A stretch of DNA of 52,212 bases from a virus (IMGVR_UViG_3300049830_000248:1-52212); one strand, 5' to 3'. Shown: positions 6,573-16,160, counted from the stretch's first letter. Made by a program: numbers and translations. The notes: generated by a model from the sequence alone, not told the origin.

Positions 6573-6965
6573 ATGCCGCTATTTACCGTTGAAAACGCCG
6601 CCGAACTTGGACGCAAAGGAGCTATTCGCCGCAAGGAGCTAATCGAGCAGCGGAAGGCCGAAGCCAAGCAAGCCGAATTTGAACGCGCCACACCGGAGCC
6701 AGAAGCGGCGATTGAGCGGACTAAACGGCAACTGTCGAAGGTGGATGACATGATAGATGCCGCACTGGAGGAGGATGACGCCGACCTGTTTTTACGCCTC
6801 TCTGCCGCCAAAGAGCGCCTCTGGAAGCTGGTTTCCCCGACCGCTGGCGTCCTGAAACAGCCTCGTGGTCGTCAAGATCGGCTCCGGCCTGCAATCGCGC
6901 CGATGTCCGAGCAGCAGCCAGCGACACCACAAGCGGAAACTTCGATTTCTGCCAACGCCTCTTGA
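6573..6965 (+). CDS. Hypothetical helical protein, possible terminase small subunit
   Basis: MPLFTVENAAELGRKG then a coiled coil, followed by a long non-coding G-rich region; the TerS call is inference only. Confidence 0.45.
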   Translation: MPLFTVENAAELGRKGAIRRKELIEQRKAEAKQAEFERATPEPEAAIERTKRQLSKVDDMIDAALEEDDADLFLRLSAAKERLWKLVSPTAGVLKQPRGRQDRLRPAIAPMSEQQPATPQAETSISANAS

Positions 6966-7519
6966 TTTGCCAATGTTTTTGTGCGTGTTTTGAATTGCCA
7001 AAAGCGCCTCACGAAACCAGCATGAACATTGATTGAATAATTATAGACACACAATAGTCCTTGTGTTCACTTGTGTTTTCTTGTGGTGTCCAAGACCAGG
7101 AACTTTTGATGGAGGCAAGGAATCTCTTTGGCTGGCCGAGGGGGTGGGACGGGTGACGGGGGGAGGGGGAATCACAGCGACGATGGCGCGGCGTGACTCC
7201 CCCTTTTCACACGAGGAATAAAAATGGAAGGGATTGTAGAAAGGAGGATGAATCTTTTGTGGACATAGTTCGCCCCTAAATGGAAGGGAAGCCGCTGTTG
7301 TTCGGAGAGCTTCCGCAGCGGGTGTCACCGGCCCTTTGCTCACAAGACGCTGGTGCGCCTTTGGGGAGGGACGAATGTTAATGCGGAGAGTTCGGGTGCG
7401 GGGCGATTTCGGGATGTGAAAAGCCGGTGCAAAGACTGGCAGATCGTTCCTATTGTTGAGCGGGCAACAACACCACGATGAGGCGGGTATCCGAGCCTGG
7501 CGGATGCAACCGAGGACGC

Positions 7520-7556
7520 AAAAAACCCGTGCCATCTTTGAGGGATGACACGGGTT
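7520..7556 (-). terminator. Rho-independent terminator-like hairpin
   Basis: AACCCGTGCCATC / GATGACACGGGTT stem with an A6 tract (U-tract on the - strand). Confidence 0.55.
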
Positions 7557-7894
7557 ACAATGTTCCGCCAGTTCTGCCAACGCCCTGAAAAGGACGCCGG
7601 CATATTCTTAAAGTTGGTGGCTGGTGGAACCGACATTGTGATGAACTAATCGCATAGGCAGGAGAAAAAGTAAAACAGTTCTTGCACGCAGGTTGCGTGG
7701 TGTGGTAGAAATGGGTGTCAGCGCGAGTTGACCCGGTTGGAAGCCGGAAAAAAAGAGTGCAGGCTAATGAAAACAACCACCAACGAAAATTCTGTGCGTC
7801 ATCTGGCGCAATCGGTAAACCTTCACGGTCGCAAGGCCGGGCTGCGCTCGCCGCTTCCAACGTCGGGTGACGCACAGAGGATTTGGAGGCAGGT

Positions 7895-8170
7895 ATGAGC
7901 GAAAAATCAGGCACGGATAAAATGTCGGCTCACTGGCCGCCGTCGTATCGCGGAAGAATCCCCGTCAAGGTGCGTATGGCCTGCGTGAGTCGAAAACACA
8001 TTCATTGGAAAATCAAGCAGTCCATTTGGGCATCGCCGTGTGCTTCGTGTGGTTCTGGCACTAATGTTCAGATAGACCACATAATTCCAGTTTCAAAGGG
8101 TGGAACAAGCACGCAAGAAAATCTTCAACCTTTGTGCGGAATTTGTAATGGAAGAAAGGGGAACAAGTGA
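7895..8170 (+). CDS. HNH endonuclease
   Basis: CASC...IDHIIPVSKGG...NLQPLCGICNGRKG. Confidence 0.88.
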   Translation: MSEKSGTDKMSAHWPPSYRGRIPVKVRMACVSRKHIHWKIKQSIWASPCASCGSGTNVQIDHIIPVSKGGTSTQENLQPLCGICNGRKGNK

Positions 8171-8844
8171 ATAAACCACCAGCCTTTCAGTTCTACGCCG
8201 ACGACTTCCTTGCCGGAACCGTCACCATGTCGAACGAAGAACGTGGTCTGTTCATCACCCTGCTTTGTCGCCAATGGTCACAAGGGTTTGTTACAAAATC
8301 GGAGATTGAAAGGATTAGCAAAGGTATGGCTGTGCCATCGATTACCCATGTCACAGCCAAGTTCAAGCCATCAGGAAAAGACCAGTTTCAGAACGAAAGA
8401 TTGGAGTTGGAGCGTAAAAAACAGGAAGAATACCGAAAAAACCGCTCAAATTCAGGAAAAATAGGTGCTTTATCAAGATGGCACAGCCATAGCACAGCCA
8501 TAGCACAGCCTATGGCAAACGATGGCTCTCCGTCTCCGTCTCCGTCTCCGTCTTCAGAAGAAGAGAGAGAGAGTGGCGCACACACTCACTTTCCTGAAGC
8601 TCAAATCCCGTCATGGTCTGAATTCTGGACATACTGCCAGTCTCAAGCCTGCCTTCTCCCAGCGGAATGGTATGCCCGCGACAAGTTCGAGGCAGCGGAG
8701 TCTGACCATTGGAAGGGAAAAGGCAACTGGCGGGCGTATGCCCGGCGGTGCAAAGGCTGGTGGGAATCAGACGGCAGACCAATGCAGCCCAAGAAAAAGG
8801 TTGGAAAAATAGATGCCAGCGCACCAGTGGGAGGGCGTTTCTAA
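8167..8844 (+). CDS. YdaU/DUF1376-like replication initiator
   Basis: KPPAFQFYADDFL...EERGLFITLLC..W, NERLELER, SPSPSPS linker; directly upstream of the helicase. Confidence 0.75.
   Translation: MNKPPAFQFYADDFLAGTVTMSNEERGLFITLLCRQWSQGFVTKSEIERISKGMAVPSITHVTAKFKPSGKDQFQNERLELERKKQEEYRKNRSNSGKIGALSRWHSHSTAIAQPMANDGSPSPSPSPSSEEERESGAHTHFPEAQIPSWSEFWTYCQSQACLLPAEWYARDKFEAAESDHWKGKGNWRAYARRCKGWWESDGRPMQPKKKVGKIDASAPVGGRF
8481..8513 (+). repeat. Three 11-bp direct repeats, probable replication iterons
   Basis: GCACAGCCATA x2 plus GCACAGCCTAT inside the initiator linker, as in lambda O-type origins. Confidence 0.55.
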
Positions 8845-10115
8845 TGGACAAACTGCCGCCATACGCGCCGGAGGCTGAGAAGTGCATCATCGGGTCATGC
8901 CTGATTGATCCGAAGATTCGCCTTCCAGAATGTCAAATGGTCATTACCAACTCGGAATTCTTCTACCAATTCCAGTGTCAAATTGTTTGGGATACCATCA
9001 ACGCAATGAGTCTGGAAACAGTGAACTTTGTCAGCGTCATCCAAAAGCTGCGGGACGGGACGCCCGAACAGAAATCGGTCACGCTGGAATTTATGTCGGA
9101 ATGTCAGGACATGGTGACGAGCGCAGCCAACCTTCCGACGTGGCTTGAGGAGGTCGAAAAAAAGTTCATCGCGCGCAAGGTGATTTCGGTCTGCACCCGT
9201 GCGGTGGCGTCCATGTATGAGGGTGGGGACGTGATGGCGATGCTGGACGGCATTGAATCATCCGTGCTGGGAATCAGGCCGGCGGAACGGAATACGAAAG
9301 ACATCAAATCACTCATGCGCGAAGCAACCGGACTGATTGAACAGCGTTCGCAGAATTGGGACTTGGTGCTTGGACATGAAACAGGGTTTTCCGATCTTGA
9401 CCGAAAGACTGACGGCATCCACGGCGGCGAGTTCATCGTCATCGGCGCACCTACGAGTTGCGGCAAGACCGCGCTCGCGCTTAACATCATCGTTCACAAC
9501 GCGCTTAATGGCGTTCCGTCCGGTATCTTGTCGGCTGAAATGCTGCCGGTGAAGCTGGCTCTGCGCTCGCTCTGCGCTGAATCGCGCGTTAACTTCAAAC
9601 GCATCGCCGAAACGGACGTTTCAAAGATGATTGCCAACATCGGGCGCATTGCAAATTCACCCATTCACATGGACACCATCAACGGCTTCACCATCGGCCA
9701 GGTGCGGGCGCTCGCGCGCCGGATGAAGCAGTTGCACAGAATCAAGATTCTGGCGATTGAGAACATCCAGCTATTGCAGGGCAAAGGCGACACGCGCGAG
9801 CAGCAGATTTCTGACATCAGCCGGGGCATGAAAGGCATCGCGCTTGAATTGGACATTGCCGTGCTTGGATTATCTCAATTGAACGACGATAACCGCCTGC
9901 GCGAGTCACGCGCCATTGGGCATGATGCGGATTCGGTTTGGATCATCGAGAACGACGGCCCGTGGCAACCAGCCATCCAGCCGGTAAAGCTGAATGTGGA
10001 GAAATGCCGGGACGGGGAGACAGGAATAGTGCCGCTGATGTTTTTTAAGGAACATACACGGTTTGAACAACCGTCGAAGATTGCAGATGACGACGTGCCA
10101 AACGGAGAAGATTGA
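8844..10115 (+). CDS. dnaB: DnaB-like replicative helicase (423 aa)
   Basis: LPPYAPEAEKCIIGS, TGFSDLDRKTDG, GAPTSCGKT, SAEM, LSQLN, LRES...DAD, KCRDGETG; TAATG coupling. Confidence 0.9.
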   Translation: MDKLPPYAPEAEKCIIGSCLIDPKIRLPECQMVITNSEFFYQFQCQIVWDTINAMSLETVNFVSVIQKLRDGTPEQKSVTLEFMSECQDMVTSAANLPTWLEEVEKKFIARKVISVCTRAVASMYEGGDVMAMLDGIESSVLGIRPAERNTKDIKSLMREATGLIEQRSQNWDLVLGHETGFSDLDRKTDGIHGGEFIVIGAPTSCGKTALALNIIVHNALNGVPSGILSAEMLPVKLALRSLCAESRVNFKRIAETDVSKMIANIGRIANSPIHMDTINGFTIGQVRALARRMKQLHRIKILAIENIQLLQGKGDTREQQISDISRGMKGIALELDIAVLGLSQLNDDNRLRESRAIGHDADSVWIIENDGPWQPAIQPVKLNVEKCRDGETGIVPLMFFKEHTRFEQPSKIADDDVPNGED

Positions 10116-10118
10116 ATT

Positions 10119-10508
10119 ATGAAAATACTGCAACCGATCATCCAAATTATACGCGATGCAAAGACCTTCCGTCTGACAATGCGCGAATGGCTGGGCGAAG
10201 GGGGTCATCCGGTTCATGCCACAGTTTCACAGAACAGAGCAGAAATGTGCTTCCTTTGCCCTCACAACCAGACTGCGCCGATGGAACTTCCGGCCTCCAT
10301 CCTCAACCGCCATTTTCAGGCAAAGGGCAGGATGAAACTGTCCGTTCATGGCGAGGAAAAACTTCGCACCTGCGAACTGTGCAACTGCCATCTTCCGTTG
10401 AAGGTTCATGTCCCGCAGGCGTTCATCCGCCAGTATCAGCGCGAGGAAGTGCGCGAACGCATCAAGGCCGGCAAGCCGGAGTGCTGGCAATTACGCAGTG
10501 CCGACTGA
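10119..10508 (+). CDS. Cys-rich hypothetical protein
   Basis: RAEMCFLCP...CELCNCHLPLK...CW pattern. Confidence 0.65.
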   Translation: MKILQPIIQIIRDAKTFRLTMREWLGEGGHPVHATVSQNRAEMCFLCPHNQTAPMELPASILNRHFQAKGRMKLSVHGEEKLRTCELCNCHLPLKVHVPQAFIRQYQREEVRERIKAGKPECWQLRSAD

Positions 10509-12806
10509 TTCCTGCTCCGGTGTCGCGGCTGCCACCGCCTGTGCGCGGTGGATTTCTGCCCCAGCCTGGATGTCCTTGCGCCGCTCCTCGCCAGCCAAAG
10601 CGATGTCCTTGTGTTGCGCGGATTGGCGGGCGTTCTGATCTTTGATGTGCATGGCCTGTGCCGCCTTTGCAATCTTCGGGTCGGGCATGGGCATTTGGGA
10701 CGGTTGCAGCCCCGCCTGCGCCTCAATCTGGCGTTTTACATCATCCGGCACGTCCTTGTAGGACATGGTTTCAAAAATCTTCGTCCGGCTTTCACCCTGC
10801 TGCTGCTTCTGCATTTCCATCTGCATTTTCTGTTGCAGTTTTTTAAGTTCGTTGTCCATCTGGTTCTTCGACTTCAAAAACTCTTTCATCTTGGACTCGT
10901 TTCCAGTGTCACCCTGCATCCCTTGAATGAGCGATTGCACGAACGCGGACACGTTTTGCAGGCCAATCATTTCGTCCGGCGTCGGAACCTTGGTGGTGGA
11001 TTCGACCTTGACGATGTAGCGGACGGCCAAATCGAGCAGGGTTTGAATCTGCTGGACGACACTCAAGCCTTCGGGGATTTGCGGTGGCATACCGAGCATC
11101 ATTTGAGTAAAGGCGTTTGCAGCGGCAACGCTGGCGTCAGAAACAGTCTTGGCCGCGCCCTTGACCCAGCGGCGGGCGCGCTTCGCCCCGACCATTTGAA
11201 CGGCGGCATCATGCAAAGCCTCGGCCTGCGCCGACGGGTCGAGCATGGGACGAAGTTGCAGCGCGTTTTGAGATTCCACCATCGCCATCGTGGGGTTGCC
11301 GTTGCCCAAAGGCATCGTGATTTCAACACGCCACTTCTTGATGTCGAGCCATTCGGACGGGATACCTTCTTTTTTACAAGTTTCCTGAAACTCTTTCACG
11401 TCGTCATCATCGGAATTTTGGAGCGTGAACCGGCGGCAGATTTCTTTACAGGCGAATTTTTCGTAGATGGCGGCGGTCAACATGAGTCCGGACAGCATGG
11501 CGTTGTTTTGCTGAACCTTCACGCCCGTTTCAAAGGCGGTCTGCTCGCGTGCCGTGCCATTGTCAATGCTCTGCGTGTAGGACGTGGACGCCTCGCTCTG
11601 CAACTGCTTGGTCTGCGCCAGGACGCCTTCCACGAGATCGGCGTCCACCTGATGCCGCTCATTGGACGGCACGATGGAAACGCCCGGCTTAATTACGCCA
11701 AGATTTTGGAACATCTGCACCTGGGCGCGGGCGCGGTCAACCGGGTCGTTGATTCGGAGCAGTATGTTGAACTGGTCAAGCGTGTGTTGCAAAAGTTTGC
11801 ACCGTGTAAAATCCGTCCAATAGCACGGCTCGAACAGCGCAAATCCAAGCGACCGGACGGAATGGTAGAGGAACGGGGCTTTGTTGTTCAGATCGCCGAA
11901 CTGAACATGGATGATTTGCCGCCAGTTGTCGGCGACCGCGCCATCGCTTTCGCAGATGAACGTGTCAGCGGTGGCCGCACCCGTGCCAGACGTGTTCTTT
12001 TCCGGCACAACCTTGAGATTCCATTTGCCGCCATCTTCGCGGTGGTAAAAATGCCAGAGATTGATTGTCGGCATAGCATCGCCCGACCAGTAACCGGCGT
12101 TCTGCTTGCGAAGCTCCTCAAATTTTTCCGGCACGGTCTGAAAATCGTAATTATTCTCGGCCATGACCGTGTTACACTCCTTGATGTTGGCGAGGATGTC
12201 CGCGACGGCCTTCGTGTCCCACTTGAATTTTCCACTGACCGTCGAAAACGCCTTGCGCGAAAGTTCTCCAGGCGTGTAGGGGACGCGGACGGCGAACCAT
12301 GTCAGATTGCGAAAACTCAATTCAGTGTCCGTCGGGACGCGCAAATCTTCGATGGCGACGTAGCGTGGCAACCAAGAGTATTTGTCCTCCCACATGACCG
12401 CGCCGATGCCGTGAGAAACCACGCCCGCCCATTTTGAACGGTGAACCTCGAAGTATTCCAAGGCGCAATCTCCCTCCTTCATCGAATCGTTAATCGCCTC
12501 GGTGATGATGCCCTCCCAATTCGCACGGTTTTCTTCCGGGGCTTTCGGTATGGACACATTGAAGAAAGTGACCGGCGACATGAAGTTGGTTATGTATTGC
12601 CTGCGGGCGTGAGAGAGCGCGCCCATGAGTTCGCCCCAACGGTTGTAAATCTTCATGTTGAGGCGTTTTGCCTCATCCTCGTCCAGCAACGGCTCGTTGT
12701 TCGCAGCCTTGTTGATAAGAACGCGGTTCTTGCCGCGCGCCATTTCGGTTTCATCGCCTGCGCGGATGGTGGCTAAAACTTTGTCCGGCGTTGTCCAGTC
12801 GCTCAT
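10491..12806 (-). CDS. Probable portal protein (771 aa)
   Basis: Size, position downstream of TerL, TAFE motif, Gln-rich coiled-coil C-terminus typical of podovirus-type portals. Confidence 0.7.
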   Translation of the reverse strand: MSDWTTPDKVLATIRAGDETEMARGKNRVLINKAANNEPLLDEDEAKRLNMKIYNRWGELMGALSHARRQYITNFMSPVTFFNVSIPKAPEENRANWEGIITEAINDSMKEGDCALEYFEVHRSKWAGVVSHGIGAVMWEDKYSWLPRYVAIEDLRVPTDTELSFRNLTWFAVRVPYTPGELSRKAFSTVSGKFKWDTKAVADILANIKECNTVMAENNYDFQTVPEKFEELRKQNAGYWSGDAMPTINLWHFYHREDGGKWNLKVVPEKNTSGTGAATADTFICESDGAVADNWRQIIHVQFGDLNNKAPFLYHSVRSLGFALFEPCYWTDFTRCKLLQHTLDQFNILLRINDPVDRARAQVQMFQNLGVIKPGVSIVPSNERHQVDADLVEGVLAQTKQLQSEASTSYTQSIDNGTAREQTAFETGVKVQQNNAMLSGLMLTAAIYEKFACKEICRRFTLQNSDDDDVKEFQETCKKEGIPSEWLDIKKWRVEITMPLGNGNPTMAMVESQNALQLRPMLDPSAQAEALHDAAVQMVGAKRARRWVKGAAKTVSDASVAAANAFTQMMLGMPPQIPEGLSVVQQIQTLLDLAVRYIVKVESTTKVPTPDEMIGLQNVSAFVQSLIQGMQGDTGNESKMKEFLKSKNQMDNELKKLQQKMQMEMQKQQQGESRTKIFETMSYKDVPDDVKRQIEAQAGLQPSQMPMPDPKIAKAAQAMHIKDQNARQSAQHKDIALAGEERRKDIQAGAEIHRAQAVAAATPEQESVGTA

Positions 12807-12810
12807 AGAT

Positions 12811-13131
12811 TTATTGGTTTGTCGGCGTTCCGCACGTCGCGCAAAAAGGTTTTACGAAGGGGTGTCCGGCGTGGGTGGTGGTGAAAGATTCCGGCGAGTC
12901 CCAGCAATAGGCGGGGTTGTTGCCAAGGCGTCCGCAGTTGAAGCTGTCAACATCTTCAAGGGACTCGGCAAGACTTCCACGCGGAAGATGGTTGGCGATA
13001 CGAAACGAACTAACAGTCTTGGCGAGTTGTTCAATGACCGGCTCGGCCTTGAACCGGAAAAAGATTCCAAACGCCTGCTCATAGCAAAAATTGCCGGGCG
13101 GATTGTTGTTGTAGGATTTCAGTTGCCACAT
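12811..13131 (-). CDS. Hypothetical protein (106 aa)
   Basis: MWQLKSYNNNPPGNFCY...CATCG; lies between TerL and portal. Confidence 0.65.
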   Translation of the reverse strand: MWQLKSYNNNPPGNFCYEQAFGIFFRFKAEPVIEQLAKTVSSFRIANHLPRGSLAESLEDVDSFNCGRLGNNPAYCWDSPESFTTTHAGHPFVKPFCATCGTPTNQ

Positions 13132-13133
13132 GG

Positions 13134-15890
13134 TCAATGCTTCAAAAGTCCCGCTTGAATGGCATCGTCCCATTCTTTCACTTCCTTGTCAAAATAATCC
13201 TCATCATCTGCATTGTTGGATTTCACGTCGCGTCCGATGCGTTCAATCTTGAATCCCATGCGCCTTGCGCCTTCGATTGCGATGGCAAACCAGTCGTAAA
13301 GGTCGGGGCTTTTCTTTACCCGCTCTTTCATGTCATCCTTCGATTCGACTTCAACCTTGTTGCCGGCAACAACTTTGAACAACCGCAACTGACCCTCCTG
13401 CGCGACATTGGCCGGCAGGTTTCGCACTTGGTTTGACTCAATCGCCTCACGGGTAGAGAACCACATTTCCGTGACGAACTTTGAATAATGCTCGTCACAC
13501 CGTTTCAGCCGTTTTTCACCCTCCTTTTCGTCAACAAACAAGTCGAACCGGACTGGCCGCGTTGTTGTCCTCGCACCGGAGTCAACCGGCTGCGGGCAGC
13601 TGGCTCCAAAAACCTTTGCAAAAGAGTTTCCAAGAGTCCCGCGCCCAAACGAGTCGTAAAAAATGTTTTCAGGCTTCAAGTCCAAGCGTTCGGACTGCTG
13701 CTTGATGAATTCTGCAATCTGATCCTCTGCATCCAGGCTGGAATTAAGCCGGATTGGAATTATCTCTGGTGTCCCAACGGAAAAAATCAAATTGCCGTCC
13801 TTGTCCTCGCCAAACTCGCACTCGCCACCAACGCAACGGTCGCCGCCACCGTATGCTGGATCAAGCGCATAAATTTTTGTTCGTGGAGTCCCTTTCCAAA
13901 TCGCGGATTTGAAAGCGCCATGCCGTTCACACAGTCCGATGGTGATGACGCGGTTTGAAACCATGCCGCGCGACGGCTTGCCGATGCCCTGCTGATAAAC
14001 CTGCCACGAGTCGGCCCCATAGGTGTCAATCAGCTTTTGAACGTAGCCGGAATTTGCCAAAAACGGGAAACTATCCTTCGGCTCGTCGTTGTTCGGCGTG
14101 TCGCGCCCGTCGTAGGCCACGCAAAAGGCGTTGAGCCAGCGCGAACGCCAAACTTGCGTCTTGCCGTTGTCAATGAAAGTGTCCCAACCTCCTGGCGGTT
14201 CGCTGGCGACACAAAGCGGGTCGGAAATGTCGGTCGGATTTCCGGCCATTACCCCTTTGAACCGCGAGTTTGCCATCCAGTTTGTGTAACCGTCCAACAG
14301 CGAAGGCTGCATCACCGCGCAGTTGTGGACTAAAAAACCATTTACGGAGTAGCTTGGATGTCCGGCAACCGCGAGATTATAGACCGAAGTTCTGCCTTCA
14401 CAATCTGCGGCGTCAGAATGACTCGCTTGTTCGCATATCTCAACACTGTCCACCCAAGCGAAGCTAGAAAATTCGTTTTCTTCGCGTCTTGCTCCTGCCG
14501 CGCAATCGTGTTGTGTGATGCTCCGTCTAATTCCACCGCCAGTTTCTTTTTCGGAAATGCAACATCCACTTTGTAGTGCGTCGGGTAGCCGCTCCCCGCT
14601 GGCATTTTCGTTTTGACTGGAAAATTGTTCTTGGCTCGCGGAGAGAATGTTTTGAGGAGAATCAATTCTGCCTTCGTCGGCCCTGTTCCATTTCCGCCGC
14701 GAATAGTAGGCTTGTGACCCGCCGCCTTCAACCGCCTGCTTATATTGCGATTGATTTCCAACTTCTGTTTGTCCGTCAGTGAAGCGCGGAAATCCTGAAA
14801 CCCTTGCTCCATCTTCTCCCGCATATCCGCATAACGCTCCGGCTGCTCCGCAAACAGCTTCTTGCGAGCTTTCTGAATCTTTTGGGAACGCTCCGGCGTG
14901 TAAAGTTTCTTGCGGTAGTCCGGTTGCGCTGCGAACCACTTCCCTTTGCAGGACAGCCCGCAGAACATCCGATTGGGCGGGATTAAAACCCCACAGCGGC
15001 GACATTTCTTTTCCTGACAAGATTTGATTTGCTTCATGCGCCGTTATCATAACACAACCCTGGTCAAGCTCAAACGCTTTTTTCCATCCGAATTGTGTCA
15101 GGACAGGATGCTCTGGTGTGCAGACGATTTCTTTTCCATTGCTGATTTTTATTCTGACAAGATTTCTGGCGGCGCGCTTCATAGTTGCAATTACCCTTGA
15201 CGCACCAACGGCAGAAAAAACCAAGTCGCCAGTTCGGATGGATTCAATCGGCCTTTTTCCGTGTGGCGTATCAACCAAAGTCCCCGCAGGGAAACACTCG
15301 TCTCCGTAGTGTTTAAGGATGCCATCATTTTTCCCCGGCGAACTTGGAGCCTTCACGCCCTGAAACTTCGACATCCCGACAAATCGCCCGCCGCTGACGC
15401 AGGGGACGCACACGATTCCTCGGTCTATCTGCCGCGCAAATTCACCATCCTCATCAATGTCATCGCTGACAATCGCCATCTTGGATTCAAGAATGTGGCC
15501 GGGCAACCACGGAAAGCGGGAGCGGCCACGGTTGAACAGCCATTTGATGCCTCGCCCCCAGATGCGGAGTTCGAGCGACCGGATGTCAGTCGAAGAAATC
15601 AAAGCCAGAGAAGTTTCGGGAAAACACCAGAAATCAATCAGCGCATGGCATGACATCAAATAAGTCTTTGAAGCGTTCGCGCAGCCAAGAATCACCGTCA
15701 CCTGATTTTCTACGATACCTGCCATGCCCAACTCAAACCAGCGGTGTTGCTTGTCCTCCGGCCAAAGCAGGGAGTGTGCTTTCAGGTAGTGCTGGACTGT
15801 GGACGGCTTGCCATAGTCGCGCCGAATCATGGCGAATTCAATTTCCAGCGGGTCAGCACCATCCGGCCAGTTCAGATTATATTTCTGCAC
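13134..15890 (-). CDS. terL: Terminase large subunit with intein (918 aa precursor, about 593 aa spliced)
   Basis: Walker A-like GCANASKT, Walker B HYGDE, MAGNP, nuclease ALDPAYGGGDR, C-terminal KSPDLYD. Confidence 0.88.
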   Translation of the reverse strand: MQKYNLNWPDGADPLEIEFAMIRRDYGKPSTVQHYLKAHSLLWPEDKQHRWFELGMAGIVENQVTVILGCANASKTYLMSCHALIDFWCFPETSLALISSTDIRSLELRIWGRGIKWLFNRGRSRFPWLPGHILESKMAIVSDDIDEDGEFARQIDRGIVCVPCVSGGRFVGMSKFQGVKAPSSPGKNDGILKHYGDECFPAGTLVDTPHGKRPIESIRTGDLVFSAVGASRVIATMKRAARNLVRIKISNGKEIVCTPEHPVLTQFGWKKAFELDQGCVMITAHEANQILSGKEMSPLWGFNPAQSDVLRAVLQREVVRSATGLPQETLHAGAFPKDSESSQEAVCGAAGALCGYAGEDGARVSGFPRFTDGQTEVGNQSQYKQAVEGGGSQAYYSRRKWNRADEGRIDSPQNILSASQEQFSSQNENASGERLPDALQSGCCISEKETGGGIRRSITQHDCAAGARREENEFSSFAWVDSVEICEQASHSDAADCEGRTSVYNLAVAGHPSYSVNGFLVHNCAVMQPSLLDGYTNWMANSRFKGVMAGNPTDISDPLCVASEPPGGWDTFIDNGKTQVWRSRWLNAFCVAYDGRDTPNNDEPKDSFPFLANSGYVQKLIDTYGADSWQVYQQGIGKPSRGMVSNRVITIGLCERHGAFKSAIWKGTPRTKIYALDPAYGGGDRCVGGECEFGEDKDGNLIFSVGTPEIIPIRLNSSLDAEDQIAEFIKQQSERLDLKPENIFYDSFGRGTLGNSFAKVFGASCPQPVDSGARTTTRPVRFDLFVDEKEGEKRLKRCDEHYSKFVTEMWFSTREAIESNQVRNLPANVAQEGQLRLFKVVAGNKVEVESKDDMKERVKKSPDLYDWFAIAIEGARRMGFKIERIGRDVKSNNADDEDYFDKEVKEWDDAIQAGLLKH
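14322..15296 (-). mobile_element. Intein (325 aa) inserted immediately after the Walker B DE
   Basis: N-terminal CFPAGTLVDT...IESIRTGDLV, block B CTPEHP, C-terminal VYNLAVAGHPSYSVNGFLVHN followed by Cys +1. Confidence 0.93.
14342..15037 (-). CDS. DUF559/Vsr-like endonuclease nested in the +1 frame of the intein
   Basis: CRRCG...FCGLSC zinc finger, PTKAE, YKVDVAFPKKKLAVELDGASH...QDAKKTNFLASLGWTVLR. Confidence 0.85.
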   Translation of the reverse strand: MKQIKSCQEKKCRRCGVLIPPNRMFCGLSCKGKWFAAQPDYRKKLYTPERSQKIQKARKKLFAEQPERYADMREKMEQGFQDFRASLTDKQKLEINRNISRRLKAAGHKPTIRGGNGTGPTKAELILLKTFSPRAKNNFPVKTKMPAGSGYPTHYKVDVAFPKKKLAVELDGASHNTIARQEQDAKKTNFLASLGWTVLRYANKRVILTPQIVKAELRSIISRLPDIQATP

Positions 15891-15941
15891 GACGCAAAAT
15901 AGCCGTTGTCAAATCGCGGTGCAAGTGCTATGGGTTGACGC

Positions 15942-16160
15942 ATGGGTTTATACGTCTTAACTCCGGTCTGCCAATCCTGCTCCACGTCCACGACGCAGGC
16001 AACATCCCAAAACCCCGTGATGACCTACGACGTGACGCTTGGGACACCCGCCGCGCAACTCATCGTGCCGCCATTTCCGAACCTGCCTTGCCACTTGGAT
16101 GAAGTGAACGGCGTCGGCTCGGCCTACACTTGGAACATCACCAAACAAGCCTGGAACTGA
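15942..16160 (+). CDS. Small hypothetical virion-region protein
   Basis: First ORF of the rightward structural operon; abuts the next start. Confidence 0.6.
   Translation: MGLYVLTPVCQSCSTSTTQATSQNPVMTYDVTLGTPAAQLIVPPFPNLPCHLDEVNGVGSAYTWNITKQAWN

Noticed and set aside
7405-7450. Cobalamin riboswitch-like AAGCCGGTGCAAAGACTGGC
   Set aside because: Only a short resemblance; no B12 box or other conserved elements found.
6966-7680. tRNA genes or protein genes in the long gap
   Set aside because: No cloverleaf with a T-loop consensus was seen, and the ORFs lack motifs or operon coupling.
8526-8551. TCTCCG microsatellite as a phase-variation tract
   Set aside because: The unit is in frame and encodes the SPSPSPS linker typical of this initiator family.
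10548-12437. 629-aa + strand ORF
   Set aside because: Antisense shadow of the portal gene with no recognisable motifs.
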